A stretch of DNA of 59,197 bases, filler included, from Sphacelaria rigidula (taxonomy: Eukaryota), in NCBI GenBank assembly GCA_964200075.2. It is 5 parts of 5 records of this genome, joined end to end, with 100 filler letters (N's around TTAATTAATTAA, not from the genome) between each part and the next. Parts side by side here need not be neighbours in the genome. Positions count along the whole stretch, not along the records: positions 47,441 to 59,197 come from CAXNAA020004544.1; 4 more parts are not named here. The stretch is one strand, 5' to 3'. The notes under the pieces were generated by a model. That model ran no database searches. It was not told the DNA's origin and worked only from the letters and a program-made list of their open reading frames with translations. Below are positions 47,441 through 59,180 of the stretch, in pieces. Position 1 is the stretch's first letter. The number at the start of each line of letters is the position of its first letter. The position numbers were made by a program, and so were the translations under genes.

Positions 47441-48534
47441 TGCGGTGGTGTGGTCAGTTGGGTGGGGGGGGGTGTGGGGGGGGGTGAATATACTTGAGAC
47501 TGTTTCTCACGGATCGTATTTTTTGGGGGTCGTATTCTTTTTTTAATTTTGGCACGTTTGGCACGGTTTTTGGTCCCCAAAATGGAAATATCGCCATTAC
47601 ACGTATTGGACATCTTGCATCGCCCCACCGAGAGGAGCCTAGTCCACTTTTCAAATTTGCTTGGCTCCGAGGTTTCGAGAACGACCTCAGACAAAAACAC
47701 GGCTGGAAAAAAAAAAAGCGATATCGGCATTTTTTTTCACGTGATGTGGTCATGATCCAATCCTGGAGGGAGAGACGCGTTGATCTTGCTCCATCGAGAC
47801 CGAAATCGACACGTCCCGAGGCGGGGGAATCATTAGGAGTACGTACGAGTACATATGTTTTTTTGTTTTCGAGAGGACTGAAAATCTTCGTTGTATAGCC
47901 ACCAACCGCAAACTAGCGATATCGGCGCCATTTCACCGATATATGCAGCGTACCGTATAGAATCGCTTCGAAATTACGTTAATAATCGTGATGGGTGATA
48001 CACAATCATACACGGCAAGCACCGCACAATATGCATTACCCGTGGGGGGTGACTTTCGATTGGTGCCACAGTAAGGGTGCAAAAACAGTAATATCAGAGA
48101 CTTGTATTTTTAGGCGCGCCTTACCTCAAATCATCCGTAAAACGATTAGTGACTCGTGTGAGAGCACCCCACGATTAGCTCTGTCACCCGCTAATGATAT
48201 TTCTCCCGAATGGATTTTGACACGAGAATATGTCCTGACAAGAACTTTTAGGAGGCCCTCGATGGGAAACATTTGGGGGCCGAAAGGTGCAACCCCTACC
48301 GTGGCATGACTCTTCGTTAAGGGTGAAGGGCGATCACCTAGGAGTGTTAATGAGAGGGGGTGCTACGCAGTGTACCTCGTTGCAGCACTGTAGCTACAAT
48401 GAGGGTTCCATCATACTGCGGTGGGGTCGCCAACCCAGCGTGGCCGCACTCTGTGGGGACCCGGCACTTGCTGGTATGGTGTAATCATTTGGTATCAGTA
48501 CGGCAAATTATGTGACGCGTTTTTTTTATCGCAT

Positions 48535-48606
48535 TGTAGTGGGGGCCCGCATTATAGTGGGACCCCGCTTTGTAGTGGAACCCCGCTTTGTAGTAGTACC
48601 CCACTT
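48535..48606. repeat. 18-bp tandem repeat, 4 copies
   Basis: tgtagtgggggcccgcat / tatagtgggaccccgctt / tgtagtggaaccccgctt / tgtagtagtaccccactt. Confidence 0.85.
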
Positions 48607-49254
48607 TAACTGGTATGGTGCCTACAATAGCCAGGATATCGCCATGAGCGCCGGGCCCCGACATGGTGACCAACTGCGTACGTTAACACAACGTAATTGA
48701 GGCAAATTTCGTACCGTAGTGTAGTCGCCACCCCAAGAAGGCCCTAACCCCAACCCAAGGTATACCGAGAACCCTCGGGAGTGTTCTCATGATCATGCAT
48801 GCCAGAGTCATAAGACCAGGGAGTGGGGGGTGCGAAACGTTCCCTACGCAAAGTGTGGCGTTGGCAGATCTCAAAAGGGCGCCTTAGGCAGGCGCCGATT
48901 TTGACGAAACCACCTTCTGCGCACCCGAGCGGCAGTCGGGGCTTTCAGCCCTACTAAGGATCCGAATATGGATGCTCACGCTCAAATCAAGTAATTTTTT
49001 TCCGGGAATGTTTTAATCGACCAAGTGGTGAACACTACCGCTCTCGGTTCCCGGGGATCCCCGATGTACTGGCACTAACCTCTCCCGCTACCGAATCAAA
49101 GTTTTGTTCAAAGTAGCCGCTGTTTGTGAGTTTGAAAAATCGAAAAACAATTTTTGCCTCGTACGTATGACTATTATACTTCAGCTTTTTTCCCTTCCCC
49201 AATCGTTCTCATCATGTTGGATTACACTCCCCACTTTCTCATCATCATTATCAG

Positions 49255-49494
49255 CAGCAGCAGCAGCAGTTACAGGAGCAACGGCAGATACGGCTGTGAA
49301 GCTACGCGGTGGCAGTATAGGGGGAAACGGTTCGGGAGTAGGGAGGGCAGGGACAGGGCGGCGGGGCGCGAGGGCGGGGTTGCCAAGTCACGAGGCGTTT
49401 TTGCTGGGAGCGGTGGCCAAGGCGTGCTCGACGCTCGTCACGTATCCACTGCAGCTGGCGCAGGCGAAGCTTCGAGCGGGTCCCGCTCAAGGGC

Positions 49495-49496
<2 letters not shown>
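49255..49496 (+). CDS. Mitochondrial-carrier-family (SLC25) protein, PMP34/SLC25A17-like peroxisomal carrier, internal exon (helix 5)
   Basis: EAFLLGAVAKACSTLVTYPLQLAQAKLR resembles PMP34 repeat 3 ([26 protein letters not shown]). Donor CAG|gtgtgt. The acceptor lies in a (CAG)n run, so the start is approximate. Confidence 0.8.
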
Positions 49497-49545
<49 letters not shown>

Positions 49546-49555
49546 GTACTCTAAG

Positions 49556-49880
49556 CCTGTCGCCCCGGTGGCTCGGTTGGTAACCTCGAAACCTTCTGTC
49601 GGTTGGGTCGGGGGTTCGAATATTGAAGCGATTTGGGATTTCTTCTCCCACAAGGCCTAACAGTGGAGAGCGACGTTTTCGGGGTACATAAAATTCGACT
49701 GAGTGGTCGACGGGGGGAAGGGACTGCTAAACCCCTCTCGCGATAAAAAATAAAAAGGCAAGCACCGCAGAAGGAAGGTGGAGAAGTAAAACAAACAAAC
49801 AAACAAAAATCTCCTGTGCCCACATATACCGAATGTGTAGACCGGCCTCCGGAATAAATGGGACGATAACATTCCAGTGT
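49556..49880 (+). mobile_element. tRNA-derived SINE family A, copy 1
   Basis: A box TGGCTCGGTTGG, B box GGTTCGAAT; body shared with the copies at 50160 and 52567. Confidence 0.8.
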
Positions 49881-50159
49881 GTGTATGTGTTTGATTTTCT
49901 ATTCTCATACTCCAGTGTGTCATACGCCACTTCTTGTATGATGATCCAGTTGGTGTCGTACTCCAGCGTGTAGCAGGAGTTTGTGTGTGTGTGTGTACCT
50001 GTGTTTTCCTGTTTATGTTACGTACTTGTATATAGCTTTTCTTCCCGCCACGTTTTACTTGTTTTTTCACCCCCCCCAGGGCACTTGTCGGTAATTTCAC
50101 CGCGCCCTGGTGGACGGTAACGGTATTTCGGCGGTTAAGCGCCGTTGTTTGGTTTCATC

Positions 50160-50516
50160 GTGTCACCCCAGTGGCTCAGTTGGTAACCTCGAAACCTTCT
50201 GACGGGCTGGGTCGTGGGTTCGAATCTTGGTGCAGTCACACGATCTGGGATGTTTTCTCACACCATGCCCAACAGTGGAGAGCGACGAAGTCGTGGGTAC
50301 ACAAAGTTCGACTTCGCGGTCGACGAGAGAAAAGGACTGCTGAACCCCTCTCGCGATACAAAATAAAGGCAAGCACCGCAGAAGGAATGTGGAGCGCTAA
50401 AAAAAAAAAACTTCTGTGTTGGCCTTACTCCTGTGTGACCCCAGCTGATGCGCCCACATACACCGAAAGGTGTCAACTGGCGTCCAGAATAGATAGGGTG
50501 ACAATACACACACAAC
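50160..50516 (+). mobile_element. tRNA-derived SINE family A, copy 2
   Basis: A box TGGCTCAGTTGG, B box GGTTCGAATC, (CA)n tail. Confidence 0.85.
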
Positions 50517-51433
50517 GGGTCCACCAGTTGTTACCGTAAAACCCCCCAAATACCGTTTACTGCCGGCAAATTACCGTCAAAGCGCATTGACGCCTGAAAA
50601 ATCCTGCAAAAAAGACTCGCCCTTACACCGCCTCATCATTACCGCCTTGTGGCATTACCACTGAAAAAGCACCACCATATGACAATGCCGATCAGAAGGT
50701 ACCGCCATGTCTCATTACCGTTCAGAAGATACCGCCGACCACAGTTGCTGGCAAAACATAATCGCCACATACTCCACCAGTACCACTTCTGTACACTTAC
50801 ACTGTTCGAGTGGTGCTGTAGCCGAGACATCGGCCGTCAAGTGTAGAAACGGAGGTTCGATTCCGAGCAGTAATTCATTGCGGCGGCGCAAGAGAGGAGG
50901 TCGAAAACGGAGGTCGATCTTACGTTGCAGATTTACGGTATGGTCATGCGGGTGGTGGTATTATCTGCGCACCTACCAATGTTTGTGTACTGTCTGTAGC
51001 GTCATTTCACGAAGGCGTCTGCAGTTGAATGTGAACACAATACTATGACCGCCGTTGTGTCTTTCGGTTTTGCCTCGCGTTTTGGAGCGAACACGCTGTA
51101 TCAAACGCCAGAAGAGCAATGCTACGGTAGGGGTTGCACGTTTTGTTCCTGGGGCTCTCCCTCTTGTAGGAGTACAAATATATGAGGCTTACTGTACAAC
51201 CCAAATCTCCGGAGACCGGACGCCCAGAAACATGGTGTTTGTACGCAGGGGGCTTTTCGTGAACAGGCATCATTCTCAGTCTTTTCCACGTAAGAATGAC
51301 GCCGATTCAGAACTTCCCCCCTCCAACACCTTGAGCAGCTCCCAGAAACGTTTTTGCTGAAAAGGTACAACCCCTACTACAGTAGCATTTCTCAGAGATG
51401 GTTGTGTATTTGATTTCCAAGGTGTTATGTTGA

Positions 51434-51535
51434 CCCTTACACCGCGAGGGTAGGTCACCTGCTGAATCGGCATCAATTTTCACTTGAAAAAAGTATGCGT
51501 GATCCAAATGGACTACCCCCACCGCGGTCTAAGGG
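51434..51535. mobile_element. piggyBac-type mini-MITE (degenerate copy)
   Basis: TTGA|CCCTTACACCGCG...CGCGGTCTAAGGG|TTAA, homologous to 54651..54747. Confidence 0.7.
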
Positions 51536-51729
51536 TTAACGTCGGAATACCGGATGTAGTTTGGTTCTCACCGATCACGAGCATGCTCATTCCTCGCCAA
51601 GAAAAAAGTCATCAGCTTGGCAAGGGTGTCTTTGGTAGGGGAAATGAATACGCGAGTATTTACTCTCCCGAAGTTTTTGTTGCCCTGGACTGATCTGCAG
51701 ACGCTGCCCAAATTTATTAGTACTACGTA

Positions 51730-52050
51730 TTTATTTATTTTCGTTTATATGTCGCACTTTGAACCCCTCCTCTTCCTCGGGACGAGTTCGTGGTCTCAAG
51801 GGATCAACCCATCTCTCCCCCGGTACACGCCTTGTATTTTGGTCTCGCGGATTGGATCATGACCAGCACTCCTGCACCACGTCCACTCTCGTCGAACAAA
51901 CCCAATCAACTATTACTTTGTTTGCTCACGTTCTCACGCTTTCCACGGTGGAAATCAGATACTACGAAGAAAAAACCCAACGCATCGGGAATCGAACCCT
52001 CGTTCTCTCCACCCTAGAGGCGACAGTCGGACCATTACACCACCGGGGCG
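51730..52050 (-). mobile_element. tRNA-derived SINE family B, full length
   Basis: Minus-strand head cgccccggTGGTGTAATGGtcc...GGTTCGATTCCc; tail ...ggggttcaaagtgcgaca followed by A-rich (aaat)n. Confidence 0.8.
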
Positions 52051-52566
52051 CGGCCAAATATTTGGTAATATTCCGCAGGTAAAATCGCCATTCCCGGTCC
52101 AATATCTGGGTATTAGTGAGCACGATCTCAATACTCTTACCCAAGTTTTGAGTGTACTTCGAGTACGGTTTTCCAAAACACCCAGATGCAGGAAATATTC
52201 TACCCGGCACACCCCTTGCAAGTGTTGAGGTACCGTATATGTTGTCGCCGAAAAATTGAGAACCGTTTACTGCCAAAACGTTTCCACCATATTTTGGATT
52301 GTTATTTACCGTTCACGTCATCACCATAAAGAAAAAGAAAGAGAGAGAAGAGAATGACTGCCATGTTGTGATACCGCCGAAAAATTACCCCAATCTTTTG
52401 TTTTATGCGGCCTCCGTCAAAAAGTTGTCACGTCAAAAAAAGGAAAGCCGTTATTTTTAAAGCCGAAAAAGTACCGTCGTACTATTGTACGACAATATCA
52501 CTCCGTTTGGAAACGTCAATAGTAGAAGCGTTATCCAGAAATGCCTCGGTTTTTTAGGCTTGAATG

Positions 52567-52891
52567 CCTGTTGCCCCGGCGGCTCAGTTGGTAACCTCGT
52601 AGCCTTCTGAAGGTTCGGTCGTGGGTTCGAAAATCGGTGTAATCACACAATCTGGGATTGTTTTTAACACCATGCCTTTTATCACGATGCCCAACAAGAG
52701 TGGAGAATGACTATGTCGTGGGCACACAAAATTCGACTTCCCGGTCGACGAGGGAAAAAGAGATCGCTGAGCACCTCTCGCGATAAAGGAAAAGGCAAGC
52801 ACACGGCAAAAGAAAGGTGGGGTACCAACACTCACACAAAAAAAAACTACTGCGTTGGCCCTCTTCCTCTGTGACCCCCAGCTGATGCGCC

Positions 52892-52931
<40 letters not shown>

Positions 52932-52975
52932 CCGAAAAGTGTGGACTGGCGTTCAGAATAGATGAAATGATGATG
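52567..52975 (+). mobile_element. tRNA-derived SINE family A, copy 3
   Basis: Same head and body, with an internal (CA)n(TA)n expansion. Confidence 0.8.
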
Positions 52976-53139
52976 CAACAACGCAGTATTGTCACATCTT
53001 GCATACAGTATGGGAATCTTATTCTGTTGGCGTGGACCACGGGTATTGATTTATTCGGGACATTTGACTCTCTTTTTCGGCGCCCATAACAGGAAATATT
53101 GCACATCCCGGACAACAACAACAAGATATGGTCAATCGT

Positions 53140-53247
53140 TGCAGTGGCAAAAATTGTACTGCGTGAAGTATAGGCCTGCTGCAACTTTTGTCCGGACAAA
53201 AGTTGCAGCAGGCCTATACTTTACGCAGTACAATTTTTGCCATTGCA
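53140..53247. repeat. 108-bp spacerless palindrome within an array of about 70-bp units
   Basis: 54-bp arms centred on TCC|GGA with only two mismatches; related units at 53270-53345, 54577-54640 and 54945-55085. Confidence 0.9.
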
Positions 53248-53359
53248 TTGCCTGTTGTCTGGACAAAATACGGTCAATAGTTACAACGGAAGAATATGTT
53301 ACTGCGTAAAGTGTAGGCCTATTGCAACTATTGCCGGTGGACAAAATATATGGTCTATA

Positions 53360-54574
53360 CGAGCTGGGCCAGCCTAAAAACGGATTTAAGCTCTATAAGC
53401 AATATCTCGTCGACACAGACGAGTTGGGCCGTGATCTGCATATCATGTTAATCGTCCAACCAAGGGGAAGGTGCCCATCTGCTTGAAACTTTTGGCCCAT
53501 AGTTTCTCGTTGAATTAACCCCATGTCTAGTAGTTCCAATTCCTAACGCAGATGGCGTCCATACTAAAATCTCTATGAAACCCCCGATCGATCATTCAGC
53601 GGGTGACGACAAATTTTGGTTCAAACATTCTCTGGAGCAAGGGGAGGCGAGAGATACCCTCACCTTCACCTCATTCATTATCTATCCCGAGATATGGCGC
53701 ATATAAGTTTCCATACTGAAATCAATTTATTACGAGCAGAGGCACTAGATGCCCTAAATCTGGATATCGCGTCTCAGGGTTTGAGAGTTGTTCCATAAAA
53801 TTTCGTGCGGTGAACCGCTAGTGCATAATAGCAAAAAAATAAAAACAGCTTGTTACCTGTTTTCATTTTTTTCATTTTTTTTCGTGGTTTTAGTGGAGTT
53901 TTGAGGAGAAATGAACATTGCTCTCAGGCCTTATCTCAATGTTTCAGCTCAATGTTTAGAATTGGGATGTGAAAGTTAGTACGGAGAACCACGAAAGTGT
54001 GCGTAATAAATAATAAAAATGGGCCTTCATTTTTTTTTTCATAGAGGCTAGGGCGTTCTCGTGAAGAAATGGTCTTCACCATACTAAAACGCCCTCAACC
54101 AGTGAAAAAATGAATAAAAAAAACTGACCCACTGAGTTCTGTTAATTATGCCCTGGCGACGGCCCAAACAAAATTTCAATACACGAAAACCAACTGTAGG
54201 CCGGTGAGTGGCCTGCGAAATACTGTTCCGAACTTCAACCGTCCCGGTTTTTGAAAGGCGAATGCGCCGGCCAATATTCAGAGTTGGAGCGTCAAATTTG
54301 GTATGGATAATGCATAGGGCATAAAAATAAATTGGAAGTAAAGACCACAAGAGCTATTGTTTTTTTCGCGAGTTAAGGGCAAAAATCAGTTTTCAGGTAT
54401 CAGTAAAACTCCCTTAACTCACGAAAAGAAAAAGAAAAACCCTTCTGGTGCTTCTTTCCAAAACAAGTTTATGCCCTATGCGTTGTCCATACCAAATTTG
54501 ACGCTCCAACTCTAAATATTGGCCGGCGCATTCGCCTGCAAACTTCCAATCCGCCTCTAGGCTGGCCCAGCTCG
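53360..54574. mobile_element. Non-autonomous Tc1/mariner-type DNA transposon (1215 bp)
   Basis: Perfect 17-bp TIRs CGAGCTGGGCCAGCCTA / TAGGCTGGCCCAGCTCG with TA on both sides. Removing it restores the host unit atatggtc.atagttgcaa. Internal inverted repeat at 54256..54537. Confidence 0.85.
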
Positions 54575-54650
54575 TAGTTGCAATAGACAAAAATGTTACT
54601 GCATACAGTATAGGCCTATTGCAACAATTATCGGTGGAGGACGAAATTAA

Positions 54651-54747
54651 CCCTTAGACCGCGAGGTTAGTCTTCTGTTGAATCGGCATCGATTTCAAGT
54701 GAAAAAAGTATGCATGGTCCAGAAAGACTAATCTCGCGGTCTAAGGG
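54651..54747. mobile_element. 97-bp piggyBac-type mini-MITE
   Basis: TTAA|CCCTTAGACCGCGAG...CTCGCGGTCTAAGGG|TTAA. Confidence 0.85.
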
Positions 54748-55189
54748 TTAAGCCCTGTGACCGCCTATTGATTAATCGGCATCATTTTCAGGCCTCTTTC
54801 ACGTAAAAATTATGAGAGGTGCCGGGGTAAGAGGTTGCGCTAAATTCCGAGTAGGGCAGCGTGAGATTCGCTGGTGAACAGTGGTGGTCACTATTATAGC
54901 ACGAAGGAGAGGCAAACGGCTAGCGAAGTCGCTATTAAAAATATATGGTCAATAGTTGCAACAGACATTTTTTTTACTGCGTAGAGTATTGGCCCAGTGC
55001 AACTATTGTCGGACCGTCCTACAAGAGTAGTTGCAGTAGGCCTATACTTTACGCGGTAAATTTTTTCTATCGCAACTGTTGGCCGGATATCTTGTCCAGG
55101 GTTTGAAATATTACGACGACACGTCTCCTTGGACACTGTGCACCAACTACATCCTCGACAGGAGCCTCGGTTGCCCACTTGATTTGATT

Positions 55190-55375
55190 CGATTCGATTT
55201 GATCGATTGATTGGTTGGTTGGTTGGTTGTCGCACTTTAACTTACCCCCCAGGGATCTAGTCGTCGTGGTTTAATGATGGGCGTACCCAAGACAAAACCA
55301 AACTGAAATACTCGCTGAAGAAAAAGAAGGAATCAGGAAAAAAAAGTCGAACAGAACGACATACAGTAATAGACA
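55190..55375 (-). mobile_element. Non-LTR retroposon 3' fragment with microsatellite tail
   Basis: Homologous to 34468..34740 and 42937..43256. Confidence 0.75.
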
Positions 55376-56824
55376 GAACCGGATTTTTGGGATTTTTGTC
55401 CGTACCACAATGGAGTAACGACGAAGTGAACTCTACTGATTTGGATTGCCTGGAGAGCTGCGATGTTGTTGCTGTTTTCGTCTCTCCAGAGAGTATTGTT
55501 ATTGTTAGTCGGCACGGAGTGCTGTCTGCACACTGTAAGAAACTTCAAGACGGTAAAAAAAAAAAGAATAATGAAAAGTCACTGTTAATATGGGTCTGAT
55601 TCGCGAGGCTCCTCGATTTCTCAGCTGGGGAAAATCGGGATATCCGTTGGGATACTTGCGCTTTTCCCACGTTGTCTTTCATATATTTTTCAGTTTCAGT
55701 TGGAGTCATGGAGCTCACGAGCTCAGTCCAACCAAGAAACGACGGATTCGCTAACCGATATCATCCCTCATCGCCCACGTTTTTGAGTTGGGGCCTGAAT
55801 TCTGTGTGGCCGAGACTGATGAGCCCACATATACCGAAAGGTGTAGACTAGCGCCCAGAATAGATGGTATTACAACACACGCTGTAGCGTGTTAGCACGT
55901 GATTCTCTAGGCCGCGTAAATGCCAGCACTTTTCATCATGCCTCCCTCTTGCATGTGATTCGTGATTCGCGAAGACCCGCCGACGCATTCCTCCGAAGTA
56001 AGCCTGACCTGGCCCTTTTTTGTTCCTTCCTTGCTTCCTTCTTTCACTTCGTTGTTTTTTTTTATGCCGACTCACCTTCGATTTTTTTTGGTCCGTTTAA
56101 AAGTTTGAGTCGGCCGTATCTTGACGAAAAAAAATACAGAATGAGAACGGAGAGAAAATTTAGCCCTAGTGTTGTTCGTATGTCCGTATGGCGAGTTCCG
56201 TGCGAATCTCTCGTGTCGAGATTTTTTCGCTCAGGTTTCGTCGACTCGAAAAATTGGGCCCGCGCGTGGCGATGTGAACTTCGGATATCTGATATTTGCA
56301 ACGAAGTCGCTCGCTCTGCATACAAGCAAATCTACGCGAATGTTGTGCAATATCATACAGGATTCCGGCAAAATACCGTTAGTTTCCAAGGGTGTCTTGT
56401 GCGTGGGTGCCGTAGCTATGGCCGATTACGGTAAAGATTATGCTCAGCTTGCTTGCTCTGGCTTGGTGCTGTTCGAAACATATGAAGGTCCGACGCAAGG
56501 TGTTTTTTTTTTTTTTTTTCAGTAGACTTTACCACCTGGTCGGATTTTATGTCATATTCGTCCAGTTCCCTCATCTCCTTCCCCATCGAAATGTGCGACG
56601 GTTGTGATAACTTGCGGTAGAGATGTGAGATATTGATTAGTGTGTTGCCTTTTCCGTGTTTAAGTGTGTGTCGATCATGCTCTCCATGTTACTATTATAC
56701 CTTCTTTCCATCATCCGTACGTTTGAGTCTTCCGTTTTGACGATGACAAAACGGCAAGAACTGCAAGAACTGCAAGAACTGCAACGACTAATTGCAATGA
56801 ACTAACTAACTACGACGTGAACAG

Positions 56825-57013
56825 CGGCCATGGCAAAGCCACTGCAGCGCTGAAAGCGGCGGTGGGGGGCAAGGGGCGAGCGAAGAATCGACGTCATCAC
56901 GAAGAGGGCAGGGGAGACTTTGGCGTGGTTCTAGTGGTGCTGGGAGCGGCAGCGGCGGTGGTGGCGTGCTGTGGCAGTTGCTCACGTGCTGGTCGAGTAC
57001 TGCCGACGTTCTG
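56825..57013 (+). CDS. PMP34-like carrier, next exon (Gly/Ser-rich loop plus start of the short matrix helix)
   Basis: Branch-like actaac, then gaacag|cgg ... ctg|gtgagc; 63 open codons, phase 0/0, ending WSSTADVL (compare carrier Y.GT.D.L). Confidence 0.6.
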
Positions 57014-57034
57014 GTGAGCGAGGGATTGAGTCAT

Positions 57035-57700
57035 TAGTTGGTTGGTTGCGTGGGTGGGTGAGTGCTTGTTTTGGTTGGTTGAGTGGTTGGTTGGTTGAGT
57101 GGTTGGTCTGTTGAGTGGTTGGTTGATTGAGAGATTGGTTGGTCGAGAGATTGATTGGTTGAGAGATTGGTTGGTCGAGTAGTTGGATGGTTGGGTGGTT
57201 GATATGTTGGTCGGTTGGTTGGCTGGTTGTGGCGTTGATTGATGGGAGGGTTGGTAGTTCGGGTGGTTGATTGATTGATTGGTCGGGTAGTTGGTTGGTT
57301 CGTCGATTGTTTGATTGTGTGGTTGGTCGGTCGGTTAGTAGGTTGGTCGGTCGGTTGGTCGGTAGATTGGTTGGTCGGTTGTTTAGTTGGTCGGTTGCTT
57401 GGTTGATTTGGTTGTGGCGTTGGTTGATGGGAGGGTTGGTAGTTCGGGTGGTTGATTGGTTGGTTGGTTAGTTGGTTGGTTCGTCGATTGTTTGGTTGTG
57501 TGGTTGGTCGGTCGGTTAGTAGGTTGGTTGGTCGGTTGGTCGGTTGATTGGTTGGTCGGTTGATTGGTTGGTCGGTCGTTTAGTTGGTCGGTTGCTTGAT
57601 TGGTGGGTCGATGGGTTGGTTGGGTGGTTGATGGGTGGGGTATGTGGTTGAGTAGATGGGGTGGTTGTTCAGCTGGTTAGTGGGTTTAGTTAGTCGGTCG
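57035..57700. repeat. Degenerate (GGTT)n/(GGTC)n microsatellite tract
   Basis: Direct inspection; includes an internal duplication of about 190 bp. Confidence 0.95.
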
Positions 57701-58860
57701 CTTGCTTGGTCGATTTGCAATCAACGTCATCGCACGCCAACTCAAGTACAACGAACTCAGCCGTGATCACGATATATATGTACATGTATCATTTCATATA
57801 TATTTTTTTGAGAAACGCCCACAGTATCCCGGCCATGCCCATATTATCCGAAAACGACCTCCAAACACGAAAAACAAAAGCGCTTTGAAATGCTACTGCA
57901 GCTGCAAAAATGAAGTCCCACCCTGCACCGAGGTAAGATGGCGAGTGATGTTGCCCGGTTTTTTTTGGAGTGCTGCATGGGTCCACCACTTTTTCCGATT
58001 TTCTCTCGAGGCAAGGCATCTTATCACGCGCTTTCTTTTGCAGTGCACGAAGAAGGCGCAGCGGTATATCACCTTTCAGGTTCGGGTGTCACTTGATACC
58101 TGTGGCGCGTGTTCTGGCCCTCAAAAGTCGCCCACACTGGCCCTTTTTCGCGGGGTGTCGATCCCGAACCACAAGAGCCTGATCAAGTTTATGGAAAACT
58201 TCAAGCAGCAGGATGTTTTTCGTCGGGGTATTTTCTCCCTGTGTTTCTCTTTGTCGTTTTGGGAGCATGAGCACACCGGTTATGCCGCCAATGTCACGAG
58301 AGCATGAGAGCAACGCACTTGTAAACAATTGAACATTGCGTTCATTGCCTTATTGGCCTTAGTCAGCAGCAAACATAAGACCGTGCAATGAGCCGTTGAC
58401 GAGTTGAACAAGGCACACACATGGACAAACGTCTCCACTGCGGGTCACCTGTGTAGGACCGCAGCGGAGGGGGGTGTAATGCGTGAGAGGACCGCGTGCT
58501 TAGAGGGCCGCATCAGAATTTAAACACCTTTATGGTTAGAGTTAGGGTTAGGGTTAGTTTTGAGGTTGGAGTCAAGAGCATGATCCCTGCAGGGACTGGC
58601 CCGATTGGTTTTGAAAAAAGCCGATCCTGAGGTAATTTGGACAACGATGTGGTCCTCTCAGCACGCGGTCCTCTCACGCCTTACAGGGGGTGCCGAACTC
58701 CCTGTGATCATGCAACCCGTGACGGAGAGCTCCCTCACAGGATGCCAAACCCATGACAAAGAGCTCCCTCACAGGATGCACCTGTGAAATACAGGTGCAG
58801 CAGAGATGTCCTTGTGACAGAGATGACAGGTTTGTCCTTGTGACAGGGATAACAGGGAGA

Positions 58861-59180
58861 ATCATAGGAGTACGCGCCTCATGTATCTTTCGACGGCTTA
58901 GTACCGTATTTTCAGTACAAGTCAAGCGTTACTTTGCTTGTGGATTTTTCCGCCGTGTCTAAAACGAACCAGCCTGAAACTTGGCACAGAGGTAGACCAC
59001 AACACCGACAGCATATTGCCGGATCGGCGGCACGTTTTACGTGGTGCGCTAGACGCACGAAGCAAAATACGGATTTCGGGCAATGCAGTCGATACGCCCT
59101 CAAAACGTCGTCCTCTCGGCCCAGACTGCGTGAGACGTCAGTGAATGCATATGTGGACACGCACATGCGCTCACTTCCAC
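58861..59180 (+). repeat. Dispersed repeat (copy 2)
   Basis: Homologous to 16345..16690. Confidence 0.85.

Noticed and set aside
49556..52975. tRNA genes
   Set aside because: A/B boxes are present but no complete cloverleaf is evident, and each is fused to a repeated body and tail, so they are SINE heads.
56361..56499. Exon-like segment DSGKIPLVSKG...GPTQ
   Set aside because: It ends in phase 1, incompatible with the phase-0 carrier exon at 56825, and shows no carrier similarity.
57702..58307. 201-aa ORF as the carrier's last exon
   Set aside because: It has no EG..GL[FY][KR]G or helix 6 motif and starts at a non-ATG codon, so it is probably intronic or TE sequence.
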